Translations under genes and position numbers: made by a program
Notes under the pieces: model-generated
The model's input: only the letters and a program-made list of their open reading frames with translations
The model's database searches: none
What the model was told of the DNA's origin: nothing
Assembly (NCBI GenBank): GCA_937894675.1
Contig: CALCQO010000045.1
Location: 103,937-167,936 of the forward strand
Reading direction: 5' to 3'
Origin: an uncultured Clostridia bacterium
GTDB lineage: Bacteria > Bacillota > Clostridia > Christensenellales > Aristaeellaceae
Length of the DNA stretch: 64,000 nucleotides
Shown: positions 44,871 to 53,728 of the stretch, in pieces
Layout: the number at the start of each line of letters is the position of its first letter
How positions within the stretch are numbered: position 1 is the stretch's first letter

Positions 44871-45815
44871 TTAATAGATGCTCTCGCCCGTCACCTTGCG
44901 GCTGAGCAGGTTGGAGCCGGTAACCAGAATCAGCCCGACGATGCCTGAGAACAGGCCGATGGCGGTAGCGTAGGAGTACTGGTTGGCGCTGGACTGGAAG
45001 CCCATGCGGTACACATAGGTATCGATGATGTCGGACACCACGGAGTTTGCCGGGGTGTACATCAGCAGTACCTTTTCAAAACCCAGGGATAACAGGTTGC
45101 CCACTTTCAAAATAAACATGACCATCACCGTGGGCATGATGGTGGGCAGGGTAATAAAACGAATCTGCTGCCAGCGGCTGGCGCCGTCGATGCGGGCAGC
45201 CTCGAACATTTCCGCGTTGATGCCGGTGATGGCGGCCAGGTAGACAATGGCGCTCCACCCGGTGTACTGCCACATATCGGTGAGGATATACAGGGGCCGG
45301 AAATACCGCGCCTCATTCATATAGTAGATAGGCTGGGTACCGAAAACCGACTGCAGCAGGCGGTTGAGGGCACCGCTGGAAGGGGATAAAAGCTCGGTCA
45401 GGATGGAAATCACCACCACGGTGGAGATAAAGCGGGGCATGTAGGAAACCGTCTGCACCAGCTTTTTGAAGCGTAGGTTGCGCACCTCATTGAGCAGCAC
45501 GGCAAAGATGATGGGCACGGGGAAGTTGATAATCAGGTTTAACAGGGACAGTTCCAGGGTGTTGCGGAAAGCCCGCAGAAAGCCCTCGTCCTTTAGGAAC
45601 ATTTCAAAATACCGGAACCCCTCCCACCGCACGCCGTAGGGGCCGGTCAGCGGCCGAAAGCGCCGGAAAGCCAGGATGTTGCCGAACATGGGAACATACT
45701 TGAACAAGATAAAATAGGCAAGGGGCAGCAGCATCATCAGGTACAGCTGCCAGTAATTATTCAGGTAACGCCTCCTCAGGGAGGGGCGCCGGGTTTTCCA
45801 TTCTTGCTTTTGCAT
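44871..45815 (-). CDS. Carbohydrate ABC transporter permease (LplB-like)
   Basis: 314 aa with EAA loop FEAARIDGASRWQQIRFITLP. Confidence 0.8.
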   Translation of the reverse strand: MQKQEWKTRRPSLRRRYLNNYWQLYLMMLLPLAYFILFKYVPMFGNILAFRRFRPLTGPYGVRWEGFRYFEMFLKDEGFLRAFRNTLELSLLNLIINFPVPIIFAVLLNEVRNLRFKKLVQTVSYMPRFISTVVVISILTELLSPSSGALNRLLQSVFGTQPIYYMNEARYFRPLYILTDMWQYTGWSAIVYLAAITGINAEMFEAARIDGASRWQQIRFITLPTIMPTVMVMFILKVGNLLSLGFEKVLLMYTPANSVVSDIIDTYVYRMGFQSSANQYSYATAIGLFSGIVGLILVTGSNLLSRKVTGESIY

Positions 45816-45826
45816 GCGCGACCTCG

Positions 45827-45865
45827 AAAAAAAAGAGAGGGAACCGCCCCCCAGGGGCGGTTCCC
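45827..45865 (-). terminator. Intercistronic hairpin/attenuator after the binding-protein gene
   Basis: On the minus strand: GGGAACCGCCCC-TGG-GGGGCGGTTCCC followed by a T8 run. It lies between the SBP stop and the first permease start. Confidence 0.65.
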
Positions 45866-45876
45866 GCGGAAAGGGA

Positions 45877-47400
45877 TTACATTTTCTTGTTGTCGTTGTA
45901 GATCTTCAGGAATTCTTCCATGCCCTTGTCGTTCATTTCCTGAACATAGGCGTCCCAATCGTTCTCAATGGACTTTTTGCCCGTCAGGAAGCCGTCGTTC
46001 CACACTTCGAAGGTGTCCAGCAGCGTGGTCTGCAGCAGGGACGCGTCCTCGGCGGTGACATCATCAAAGGAGGGGGTGGGCGGGATGTACTGGATAGAAT
46101 CAGGCATGGCGGCTACGGCGGCGTTGATGGCGGCGTAGTTCTCGTCATACTTGGTCATTTCCTGAGCGTTGTACCACACCAGCTGCAGGCCGTCACAGCC
46201 CGCGCCGTAGGCATTCTGCATGTATTTGTAGATACCCTCGGGCGCCGCTTTGATGGTGTCAGAATAGACGATGGTATCGCCATCCATGGTGTAGCTGTCC
46301 CCTTCAATGCCTACGCACCACATTTTGGCGGCTTCGGGAGAGAAGAAGATTTCGTCGATTTTGCGGACTACCTGTTCGTAGTCAGCCCGCTTGGAGGTGC
46401 CGATGGGGAACACAAAGCCGCCCGCCGTGCGGTTCTTGGGCTGGTGATGGGCACCCGCGGAGGCTTCCAGCGGCGGATACATCTGCAGCTTGATGCCTTC
46501 AATTTCACTGCCCTGCTCCCAGCCGCCGATCTGATCGTAGTAGCCGTAGGTGGCCATGGCTTTGCCGGTGGCCAGTTTCTGGGAGGTGGAGGTGGCGTCC
46601 TGGGTCATTTCCGGATCCAGCAGGCCTTCGGCGTACAGCTTGTTGAAGAAGGTTACATAGGACTTATACTCGTCAGAAATGGCGCCGGCGAAATACTGCT
46701 TGTTGGCATAGTCCCAGGACAGGGTGCCGGTGCCGGTGGCGGCATTGAGGCCCACGGACATGCCGAAGGAGGGCATGGTCATGCGGTAGAGCACCCGGGG
46801 CGCCACGATGGTGGTCAGCGGGTAGGAGTCGGGATACTCTTCCTTGTAGGCTTTGAGGATGTTGTACAGATCATCATAGGTTTTGGGGGCTTCCAGGCCT
46901 TTGGCCTTCAGGAAGTCTTCCCGCAGGATGAGGCCGCCGTCGTAGAAGGGCTTGTCATACAGGGCGGGCATGTAGTAGCGCTTGCCGTCGCTCAAAGACA
47001 GAGAGTTGACATTGTCTTCCAGGGCAAACTCCGCCACGCGGTCGTTGAAATGGGGGGTCCACTCGGGATAGTCGCTGACAGCCACCATGGCGCCGTTGAG
47101 GGCCAGGGAGGCGTTGGCACCCGCGGTGCTGGAGCCCACGATGACATCCGGCGCGTTCTGGCCGGTGGATAGGGCAAGGCCTACCTTGGTGGGGAAGTCG
47201 GCAATCGGAATGGGCTCGATGTTGAGTTTTACATTATATTTTTCCTGGATCGCCAGCAAAACCGGCCAGTCCGCGCGGAAGGGCAGGGTGGCGTTGTCGG
47301 AATAGTACATGGAGATTTCCAGGGGCGCTTCCTGAGCCAGAGCGGGGACAAGCCCCAGCACCAGCATCAGGCTGAGCAAGAGTGCTACGGTTCTTTTCAT
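45877..47400 (-). CDS. Extracellular solute-binding lipoprotein (family 1, large LplA-like type)
   Basis: Signal/lipobox-like MKRTVALLLSLMLVLGLVPALA. 507 aa. RBS GAGGAGG. Confidence 0.8.
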   Translation of the reverse strand: MKRTVALLLSLMLVLGLVPALAQEAPLEISMYYSDNATLPFRADWPVLLAIQEKYNVKLNIEPIPIADFPTKVGLALSTGQNAPDVIVGSSTAGANASLALNGAMVAVSDYPEWTPHFNDRVAEFALEDNVNSLSLSDGKRYYMPALYDKPFYDGGLILREDFLKAKGLEAPKTYDDLYNILKAYKEEYPDSYPLTTIVAPRVLYRMTMPSFGMSVGLNAATGTGTLSWDYANKQYFAGAISDEYKSYVTFFNKLYAEGLLDPEMTQDATSTSQKLATGKAMATYGYYDQIGGWEQGSEIEGIKLQMYPPLEASAGAHHQPKNRTAGGFVFPIGTSKRADYEQVVRKIDEIFFSPEAAKMWCVGIEGDSYTMDGDTIVYSDTIKAAPEGIYKYMQNAYGAGCDGLQLVWYNAQEMTKYDENYAAINAAVAAMPDSIQYIPPTPSFDDVTAEDASLLQTTLLDTFEVWNDGFLTGKKSIENDWDAYVQEMNDKGMEEFLKIYNDNKKM

Positions 47401-47493
47401 GGTGGATCCTCCTCAATTATTTCCGCGTCAAGCGGTTGTCGGAACAGAAGAAAGCGTTGCCGCCTTGCCAATTCTATCCGATTTGATAGGCTT

Positions 47494-47522
47494 ATTATAC
47501 CCGCTCAGGCGGCAATTGACAA
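47494..47522 (-). promoter_or_regulatory. Promoter of the sugar ABC operon
   Basis: On the minus strand: TTGTCA (47522-47517), 17-nt spacer, TATAAT (47499-47494). Confidence 0.55.
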
Positions 47523-47554
47523 CCTTTGGGCAATCCCTGAAGGGATATAGCAAA

Positions 47555-48331
47555 CTACGGGGTAACTTTGCCCACCGGCGCCATGTAGATAACAAACTCT
47601 TCCTGCCCGTCAACCTGCACCAGGGCGTCCGCCGCGGGCTGGTCGTAGGCGGCCACCGCGCAGGTGCCGCAGGAAATAGCGCCGCAGGCAAGGTACAGGT
47701 TCTGGCAGATGTGCCCCGCGTCCAGGGCGATGACCTTGTGGGAGGCCTGGGCGTAGCGCCACTCCGTACGGTAGGGGATGCTGGTCCAGAGAAAGGTGAG
47801 AGGCGCGCGGCCCACAAAGCCCTGATCCAGGGCGGCGGCGCTGACCCGCTGATTCAAATCATCGGGGCAGTGCAGATAGGTAAGAGCATGCTCAAGGGGC
47901 AGATAGCGCCAGATGCCGGGGGTAAACAGGGTTTGCCCCTCCCCGTCCCGGACGGGCTGGGTGAGGGCCAGGTAGGTTTCGGCGCTGTGGCGGTTGCCGG
48001 CGGAGGGCACCGTGCGCAGCACCCGCCCCGGCCTGTTCTCCCGCACCCCTTGGGTCGCCCAGAGTAAAAAGGAAAGTTCTTTCGCGCTGACGGGGGCGTC
48101 CGTATACCTGCGGCGGCTGCGCCGGGCGGCAATCAGCGCGTCCAGGGTGGCGGTAAGGGGCAGGCCTTTCCAATCGGGCAGGGGCACCACTAGGGCGCCC
48201 TCCGGGATGGGTTTTTCCACGGGCGGCATGGGGATCCCCTGGTTCTGGTGGGTGTTTTCAAAATCGGTGCGCATGCGCACATCATCCTTAAGAAACTCGC
48301 GCAGGCGATGGATATCCTGTTCAAAGGGCAT
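47555..48331 (-). CDS. SagB/ThcOx-type nitroreductase-fold dehydrogenase
   Basis: ORF trimmed to ATG 48331 (GGAGGGG upstream). ARRSRRRY...LSFLLWATQGV...RTVPSAGNRHSAETYL...LDAGHICQNLYL matches the SagB-type domain pattern. Confidence 0.75.
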   Translation of the reverse strand: MPFEQDIHRLREFLKDDVRMRTDFENTHQNQGIPMPPVEKPIPEGALVVPLPDWKGLPLTATLDALIAARRSRRRYTDAPVSAKELSFLLWATQGVRENRPGRVLRTVPSAGNRHSAETYLALTQPVRDGEGQTLFTPGIWRYLPLEHALTYLHCPDDLNQRVSAAALDQGFVGRAPLTFLWTSIPYRTEWRYAQASHKVIALDAGHICQNLYLACGAISCGTCAVAAYDQPAADALVQVDGQEEFVIYMAPVGKVTP

Positions 48332-48379
48332 AGCAACCCCTCCTTTCCATGAAGGCAATCGTCAAATATTGTTGTTGAA

Positions 48380-50266
48380 TCAGTCGATAACCCGGATAAA
48401 GTCGGCAATCCATTCCATGTTCAGGATATCGTAGGGCTTGGGGTCGGAATGCTCGGGGATGCGCAGCACATTTTCCTGGTCGAACAGCGGCCCGTGGAAG
48501 GGGTTGAAGCGCCCCAGGGCGATGCTGCTGCGCAGGTAGCGCACCAGGTTTGCGGCGATGGGGTGGACAAAGTCGGCCATGCGGAACTTGAGCACCCCGG
48601 TGCCCAGGCCCCACCAGAGCCCCGCCAAATTGGCGTCGCTCTTTTCCACCATCTGCAGCATGTCCAAACTGTGGTTCAGGTAGGATTTGGCGATTTCGGT
48701 GTAGTAGCGCCCCCAGTCCCATGCGGGGGAGGCGATGTACTGGCCGGGGGTGCCGTCCTCCTCCAGGCGCACCACGGCGGAAAAAGCGTCCTTGGGCATG
48801 CCTGGCAGAATAAGCCCCGGGTACAGGGGGCTGAGCACCACGTCCGCCCCGCGCTGGGCGGCTTCCCGCATGCCCACGGCGCAGGTTTCGGGGTTATGGG
48901 GCACCACGCCCTTTTGAATCAGCATCACCCTGGTTTCAGGGCTGACGGTCTTCACCCCCAGGCCGAAGGCGTTGATATCGGGGGTAAAGCGCTTCTCCGT
49001 CTGGGGGGTAATGTAAGCCACCTTGCCGCTGCGGGTGGCAAAGCCCGCGGCGACGCCGCAAAGGAAGATGGACTCATAGTACCTGCCGTAGTAGGTGCCA
49101 AGGCGCGCGTCCTGGCGCACCCGGGAATACACCAGCGTCATTACGCCGGGGTTTTCCAGGGCGAAGCGCAGGGCGGGGGTCACCAGACGGGTGGTGGTAA
49201 TGAGCACCAAATCCGCGTTCTTGGTGTGCTTGGTTAGTTCCTCGTAGCCGTTTTCCGGGGTCAGGCCGTCCACCACGATGGTTTCCACCCTGTCCCCCAT
49301 CTCCTGCTGCATCACCTGCCTGCCCTTTTCATGGGCGCCGATCCAGTTATCATCGGTGCGGCCCTTTTCATAGGCGAAGGCGATGGTGGCGGTGCGGCGG
49401 GGGCTGAACAGCCTCTCAATCAGGCCGACGGGCGCCTCCTCCTTGGTTTCAAGCAGCAGCGTGGGCTCTTTATCCGTGGCCGCCACCTGCTCCAATTGGG
49501 GCTGCATGGCGGTGACCCGGGCGGTGATTTCCGAGAGCACCGTGCCCGCGGGCACGCCGTAGAGGCGGATGTATTCCAGCATCACGTCGCCCACAGGCTG
49601 TTTGATGCCCGCCTGCTCGCAGGCCGCCACAAACTGGATGTAGATGCTGTTGCAGCTGGCCACATCCCGCTCGCCGCCGGAAGCGATATAATCTTCCTCC
49701 AGCCGGGACAGCTGGCGGTATTTTTCCTCGCTGCTCAGGCGCAGGCCTTTGAACAGGCCGTTTTTTTCATACTGCAGGAAGGCATAATACAAAACGGTGT
49801 CCGGGTCCCCCGCGTCCACCTGGGGAATCATGCGGGTGATTTCGGCGCGCACGGTGAGGGCCTCAAAGTATTTCAGCACGCTGACCCTTTTGTTGCCCTC
49901 CACCACATAATAGTTCCACATGTACTCGTACACCTGGATGGCGTCGCGCAGCCCCTCGCCCATGTGGGCGGCGCACAGGGTAATCCATTTGCTGGCAAAC
50001 TCGCTGCTTTCCGGGTGCAGGGGCATGAAGTTGGGGCTGAAGGAGTAGGACCTGCCTGATGTGTAGGTGCCCACCACCCGGCTGAGGGGAATTTCCATGG
50101 AAGGGCGCTTGACATACGCCATCACCCGGTTCTGCTCGGCGATTTCATCCAAAACCAGCAGGTTGCCCCGCTCTCCCCGGGCGATGCTGGCGCTGTATTC
50201 CTTTTTCCCTATTCGCAGGGCGCGCTCATACTCCACGCGCGCCTGGCGGTCATATGCCTGCTGCAT
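48380..50266 (-). CDS. Cytoplasmic fusion protein: ParB/Srx-like N-terminal region plus BMP (PnrA/Med-type) periplasmic-binding-fold domain
   Basis: ORF trimmed to ATG 50266 (GGGGAGGAA upstream). There is no signal peptide. The N-terminal YYVVEGNKRVSVLKY resembles the ParB-like DGxHR motif. The C-terminal roughly 330 aa (IAFAYEKGRTDDNWI...LVLITTT...YITPQ...) is BMP-family-like. Confidence 0.55.
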   Translation of the reverse strand: MQQAYDRQARVEYERALRIGKKEYSASIARGERGNLLVLDEIAEQNRVMAYVKRPSMEIPLSRVVGTYTSGRSYSFSPNFMPLHPESSEFASKWITLCAAHMGEGLRDAIQVYEYMWNYYVVEGNKRVSVLKYFEALTVRAEITRMIPQVDAGDPDTVLYYAFLQYEKNGLFKGLRLSSEEKYRQLSRLEEDYIASGGERDVASCNSIYIQFVAACEQAGIKQPVGDVMLEYIRLYGVPAGTVLSEITARVTAMQPQLEQVAATDKEPTLLLETKEEAPVGLIERLFSPRRTATIAFAYEKGRTDDNWIGAHEKGRQVMQQEMGDRVETIVVDGLTPENGYEELTKHTKNADLVLITTTRLVTPALRFALENPGVMTLVYSRVRQDARLGTYYGRYYESIFLCGVAAGFATRSGKVAYITPQTEKRFTPDINAFGLGVKTVSPETRVMLIQKGVVPHNPETCAVGMREAAQRGADVVLSPLYPGLILPGMPKDAFSAVVRLEEDGTPGQYIASPAWDWGRYYTEIAKSYLNHSLDMLQMVEKSDANLAGLWWGLGTGVLKFRMADFVHPIAANLVRYLRSSIALGRFNPFHGPLFDQENVLRIPEHSDPKPYDILNMEWIADFIRVID

Positions 50267-50927
50267 TGTTCCTCCCCCAATCGTATCTGGTCTTGATATA
50301 GGACAGACGCTTGCGCTTGACCACCGGCACCTGAAGGTCGATGATGCGGTAGCCAAAGCCATTGATGATGGTGGTCGCGCCGTATTGAATCATATATTTG
50401 TTGGAGCCGTAGTTCAAATGCTGGTGCCCGTGCAGATGGTAGGCCGGGGCAAACTGGTTGAGCAGCATCCGGTAGGCGCTGAAGCCCTGGTGGAAGGAAT
50501 CCTCCCCGTCCCCCAGGCCTGCCGCAGGGGTATGGGTGACCAGCACGTCAAAGCCGCCGTACAGGCAAATCTGGGGCATACGCTTGATAATTTGGCGGTT
50601 TACATCCTTCTCTGTATAGTGGAACGGCTTGGGGCTTAAGGATTTGCAGCCCGAAAAGCCCAGGAAACGGATGCCGTTGATTTCCACAATCTCGTTGTCC
50701 AGGCTCTCACAGCCCTCCGGCGGCTTGTGCAGATAGGAGGCGTCGTGGTTGCCGTGCACATAGTACAAGGGCGCCGCCACCATGGTGGTGAGAAAGGACA
50801 GATAGCTGGCCTTCAAATCGCCGCAGGAAATGATGACATCAACACCGGCGAAGGCGCTTTTGTCAAAATGGTCCCAGATATAGGCGTTTTCCTGGTCCGC
50901 GACCACCAGGGCTTTGACGCTTGGCAT
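50250..50927 (-). CDS. Calcineurin-like metallophosphoesterase
   Basis: ORF trimmed to ATG 50927 (GGGAGGAAAG upstream). VVADQE, SCGDL, VHGNHD, THTP, HGHQH are metallophosphoesterase motifs. 17-nt overlap with the next gene. Confidence 0.8.
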   Translation of the reverse strand: MPSVKALVVADQENAYIWDHFDKSAFAGVDVIISCGDLKASYLSFLTTMVAAPLYYVHGNHDASYLHKPPEGCESLDNEIVEINGIRFLGFSGCKSLSPKPFHYTEKDVNRQIIKRMPQICLYGGFDVLVTHTPAAGLGDGEDSFHQGFSAYRMLLNQFAPAYHLHGHQHLNYGSNKYMIQYGATTIINGFGYRIIDLQVPVVKRKRLSYIKTRYDWGRNNAAGI

Positions 50928-51103
50928 GGGCTTTCCTCCCTGTATAACTTTCAGCTTACAGTATACAGGATGGGTTCCTATCTGTCGAGAACACGGGTGG
51001 AATCCTACGAAAAACCCATTTCGCAATCTTTTCGTAAAAAATTTTTACATTGATGCAACAAAATCGATGTTCCGCGCGTCTAATAGATAGAGAGGTGATT
51101 GAC

Positions 51104-51448
51104 ATGACGCGACGCTTGACAGCCCTGGGCAAGGATAACCAAAGCGTGGAACTGACCATGAACCCGGACTTGCTGGTGGTAAAGGTAGGCAGAAAAGCCT
51201 CCCGGCTGACCATGCAGGAGTACTTGCTGCTGGAAGCGCTGGCGCAGCAGCCTGGCGCCACCCTGTCGCGCACCAGCCTGCTGATGGATGTATGGCAGTG
51301 CCATTACCCCATCAAAACCCGCACGGTGGATGTGCATGTGCAGCGCCTGCGCCGCAAACTGGGCCCCCAACTGATCGAGACGGTGCATGGTATCGGCTAC
51401 CGTCTGCATACACCCCCCTGCCGGGACGCATTGGTGCAGGCGGTGTAA
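51104..51448 (+). CDS. Stand-alone OmpR/PhoB-type winged-helix DNA-binding protein (no receiver domain)
   Basis: ORF 51050 trimmed to ATG 51104 (AGAGGTGA upstream). LTMQEYLLLEALAQQPGATLSRTSLLMDVW...TRTVDVHVQRLRRKL...IETVHGIGYRL is a Trans_reg_C pattern. Confidence 0.75.
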   Translation: MTRRLTALGKDNQSVELTMNPDLLVVKVGRKASRLTMQEYLLLEALAQQPGATLSRTSLLMDVWQCHYPIKTRTVDVHVQRLRRKLGPQLIETVHGIGYRLHTPPCRDALVQAV

Positions 51449-51454
51449 AAGTCA

Positions 51455-51483
51455 AATAAAAAAGAGGAACTCCATGTTCCTCT
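51455..51483 (-). terminator. Terminator of the parAB operon
   Basis: On the minus strand: AGAGGAAC-ATGGA-GTTCCTCT followed by TTTTTTATTT. Confidence 0.7.
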
Positions 51484-51491
51484 CCATTTCC

Positions 51492-51517
51492 CTCCCTTTG
51501 ATAAGGGAGTTTTTTTT
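51492..51517 (+). terminator. Terminator of the wHTH gene
   Basis: CTCCCTT-TGAT-AAGGGAG followed by T8. It overlaps the parB stop codon. Confidence 0.65.
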
Positions 51518-52349
51518 ACAAAAGCCGCTCCACCGCTTCGTAGATGGCGTCCAGCTCGGTGCGGTTTTTATAGCTGATGATGATTTTGCCGCTTTCCAAA
51601 TCCCCCTTGATGCGGGTGCGGGCGCCGAAGGCGCGCAGCAGATTCTCCTCAAACTCGCGGAACTCGGGCTGGGGGCGGGCTGGGGGCTTAATCGCCGCGG
51701 GCTTGGCCGCCGCCAGCTGCTCCAGCTGGCGCACACTGAGGCTTTGGCGCACCGTTTTCTCCGCCAACTCCCGCTTGCGGGCGACGCCTTCCACCCCGGC
51801 CAGCACCCGGCCATGGCCTTCGGAGAGCTTGCCGGATAACACCAGCTGTTTGATGTCCTCCGGCAACGTCAGCAGGCGCAGCAGGTTGGCCACCGCCGGG
51901 CGGGACTTGCCCAGCCGCTGGGCGGCCTTCTCCTGGGTGTAGCCGCATTTGTCCATCAGGGCGCGCACCGCCTGGGCTTCCTCAAGGGGGTTCAAATCCT
52001 CCCGCTGTAGGTTTTCAATCAGCGCGGCTTCCATTTTTTCCTCGGCGGAAAAATCCCGCACAATGGCCGGGATGCGCTGATGCCCCGCCAGGCGGGCGGC
52101 GCGGAAGCGCCTCTCGCCGGCGATTATCTGGTAGCGGCCTTTCTTTTGCTGCACCAAAATGGGCTGCAGCACCCCTACCTCCCGAATGCTGTCGGCCAAT
52201 TGCCCCAGGGACTCCTCGTTAAAGTCCCGCCTGGGTTGATCCGGATTGGGGTCGATGTCGGTGATGGCGATGTCGGACACCTGGCCGCCGGAAATATCGA
52301 TTTCGGGCAGCAGGGCATCCAGCCCCCGCCCCAGCGCGCTCTTCTTCAT
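51516..52349 (-). CDS. parB: Chromosome partitioning protein ParB/Spo0J
   Basis: LGRGLDALL, IAGERRFRAARLAG, and an HTH region. 277 aa. Confidence 0.9.
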   Translation of the reverse strand: MKKSALGRGLDALLPEIDISGGQVSDIAITDIDPNPDQPRRDFNEESLGQLADSIREVGVLQPILVQQKKGRYQIIAGERRFRAARLAGHQRIPAIVRDFSAEEKMEAALIENLQREDLNPLEEAQAVRALMDKCGYTQEKAAQRLGKSRPAVANLLRLLTLPEDIKQLVLSGKLSEGHGRVLAGVEGVARKRELAEKTVRQSLSVRQLEQLAAAKPAAIKPPARPQPEFREFEENLLRAFGARTRIKGDLESGKIIISYKNRTELDAIYEAVERLL

Positions 52350-52352
52350 GCG

Positions 52353-53120
52353 TTATCCTTTGCGTGATGTGCGGCGCAGCAGCTCCTGGGCCAAGTTGCG
52401 GTAAGCCTCGGTGCCGGCGCTGCGCGGGTCGTACAGATGGATGGGCTGACCATGGCTGGGAGCTTCCCCCAGGCGCACTGTGCGGGGCACAATGGTGGTG
52501 AACACCTTGCCCCGGAAATGCTTTTTCACTTCATTGGCCACCTGGATAGACAGGTTGGTGCGGCCGTCATACATGGTCAGCAGCACGCCCTCGATTTCCA
52601 GCTTGCGGTTCACCGACTGCTGCACCCGGCGGATGGTGTTCATCAGCGCCGTCACCCCTTCCAGGGCATAGTACTCGCACTGGATGGGTATGAGCACGCT
52701 GTCCGCCGCCGTCAGGGCGTTGAGGGTAAGCAGCCCCAGGGAGGGGGGACAATCCACCAAAATGGTGTGGTAATCATCCTTAATGGGTGCCAAGGCTTCC
52801 TTCAGGCGGTATTCTCGGCTGGGCACATTGACCAGTTCCACCTCAGCCGCGGCCAGGCGGATATCGGCAGGCAGCGCGGAAAGCCCGGACGTCTGGGTGG
52901 GCTGCACCGCCTCCCCCGCGGGGGCGCCGCTGACCAGCACCTCATAGACGGTCTGCTGGCCTGCCTTGCCGCCAATGCCGCTGGTGGCATTGCCCTGGGG
53001 GTCCAAGTCGCACAGCAAAACGCCGGCCTTGCCCTCCGCCATGCAGGCGGACAGGTTCACCGCTGTAGTGGTTTTGCCCACGCCGCCCTTCTGGTTGGCG
53101 ATGGCGATGATTTTTCCCAT
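52353..53120 (-). CDS. parA: Chromosome partitioning ATPase ParA/Soj
   Basis: Deviant Walker A IANQKGGVGKTTTAVNL. 255 aa. Confidence 0.9.
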   Translation of the reverse strand: MGKIIAIANQKGGVGKTTTAVNLSACMAEGKAGVLLCDLDPQGNATSGIGGKAGQQTVYEVLVSGAPAGEAVQPTQTSGLSALPADIRLAAAEVELVNVPSREYRLKEALAPIKDDYHTILVDCPPSLGLLTLNALTAADSVLIPIQCEYYALEGVTALMNTIRRVQQSVNRKLEIEGVLLTMYDGRTNLSIQVANEVKKHFRGKVFTTIVPRTVRLGEAPSHGQPIHLYDPRSAGTEAYRNLAQELLRRTSRKG

Positions 53121-53133
53121 GGAACCCCTTCTT

Positions 53134-53619
53134 TCATTGGCTGTTGATCCAGGCGCGGAAGCGGAACGGCTCGTGGCAGGAGGTAATCACCCGGCGCACG
53201 GTGTCCCACTCCTCCGGGGTCTGGAACATGTGATAATCAAGGTACAGCGCCCGCAGCGCCGAAAGGCTGCCCTGGCGGACGGAGTAGTCGCGAATCAGGA
53301 CAAAATAGGGCATTTCCCGCGGCATATTATGGAACAATAGGTACAGGACATCATCCACCATCAGGGCAAAATCGCTTACGCGCACCCTGACGAACAGGTC
53401 GTCATCCATCTGCAGCACCATCTTGCCCCGGGTAAAATCCCGCACAGACAGGAACAGCAGATCATTCACCCACTGCGCCACTTGGGGCACCTCGTCCCGG
53501 TTGATGGTGAAGGCGTTGAGCTTGTGGGTCACACGCTCGGCCACCTCCGCGTTGCGGGACAAAAAATCGCCGCCAAGCCAGGGGCGCAGGGCGTCAGAAG
53601 TCTGTGCAAAGGCTATCAT
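53134..53619 (-). CDS. Hypothetical protein (first gene of the parAB operon)
   Basis: 161-aa ORF in which I recognise no motif. It ends 13 nt before parA with an RBS in the gap. Its GC and codon usage resemble the neighbouring genes. Confidence 0.55.
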   Translation of the reverse strand: MIAFAQTSDALRPWLGGDFLSRNAEVAERVTHKLNAFTINRDEVPQVAQWVNDLLFLSVRDFTRGKMVLQMDDDLFVRVRVSDFALMVDDVLYLLFHNMPREMPYFVLIRDYSVRQGSLSALRALYLDYHMFQTPEEWDTVRRVITSCHEPFRFRAWINSQ

Positions 53620-53680
53620 TCCGCCACCCCCTATGCCCTTCCCTTGATGAACGCGAATATCATATCATCAAAGCGGTCAA

Positions 53681-53710
53681 TTGTCCACCGCGCCCAGGGG
53701 ATGGTATAAT
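53681..53710 (+). promoter_or_regulatory. Promoter with extended -10 for the pseudouridine synthase gene
   Basis: TTGTCC (53681-53686), 18-nt spacer, TGGTATAAT (53702-53710). Confidence 0.55.
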
Positions 53711-53728
53711 GCCGAAAAGGAGGGTCGT

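Noticed and set aside
42148-47172. Plus-strand ORFs 42148-43347 (399 aa), 43169-44200 (343 aa), 44531-44905 and 45814-47172 (452 aa).
   Set aside because: They are antisense to the anti-sigma, sigma, permease and binding-protein genes. Their products are Gly/His/Val-rich and lack motifs.
45877-47400. This binding protein as the missing PotD of the potABC system.
   Set aside because: It is encoded with its own LplB/LplC-type sugar permeases 34 kb away. Its size (507 aa) and context fit an oligosaccharide-binding lipoprotein rather than a ~350-aa polyamine binder.
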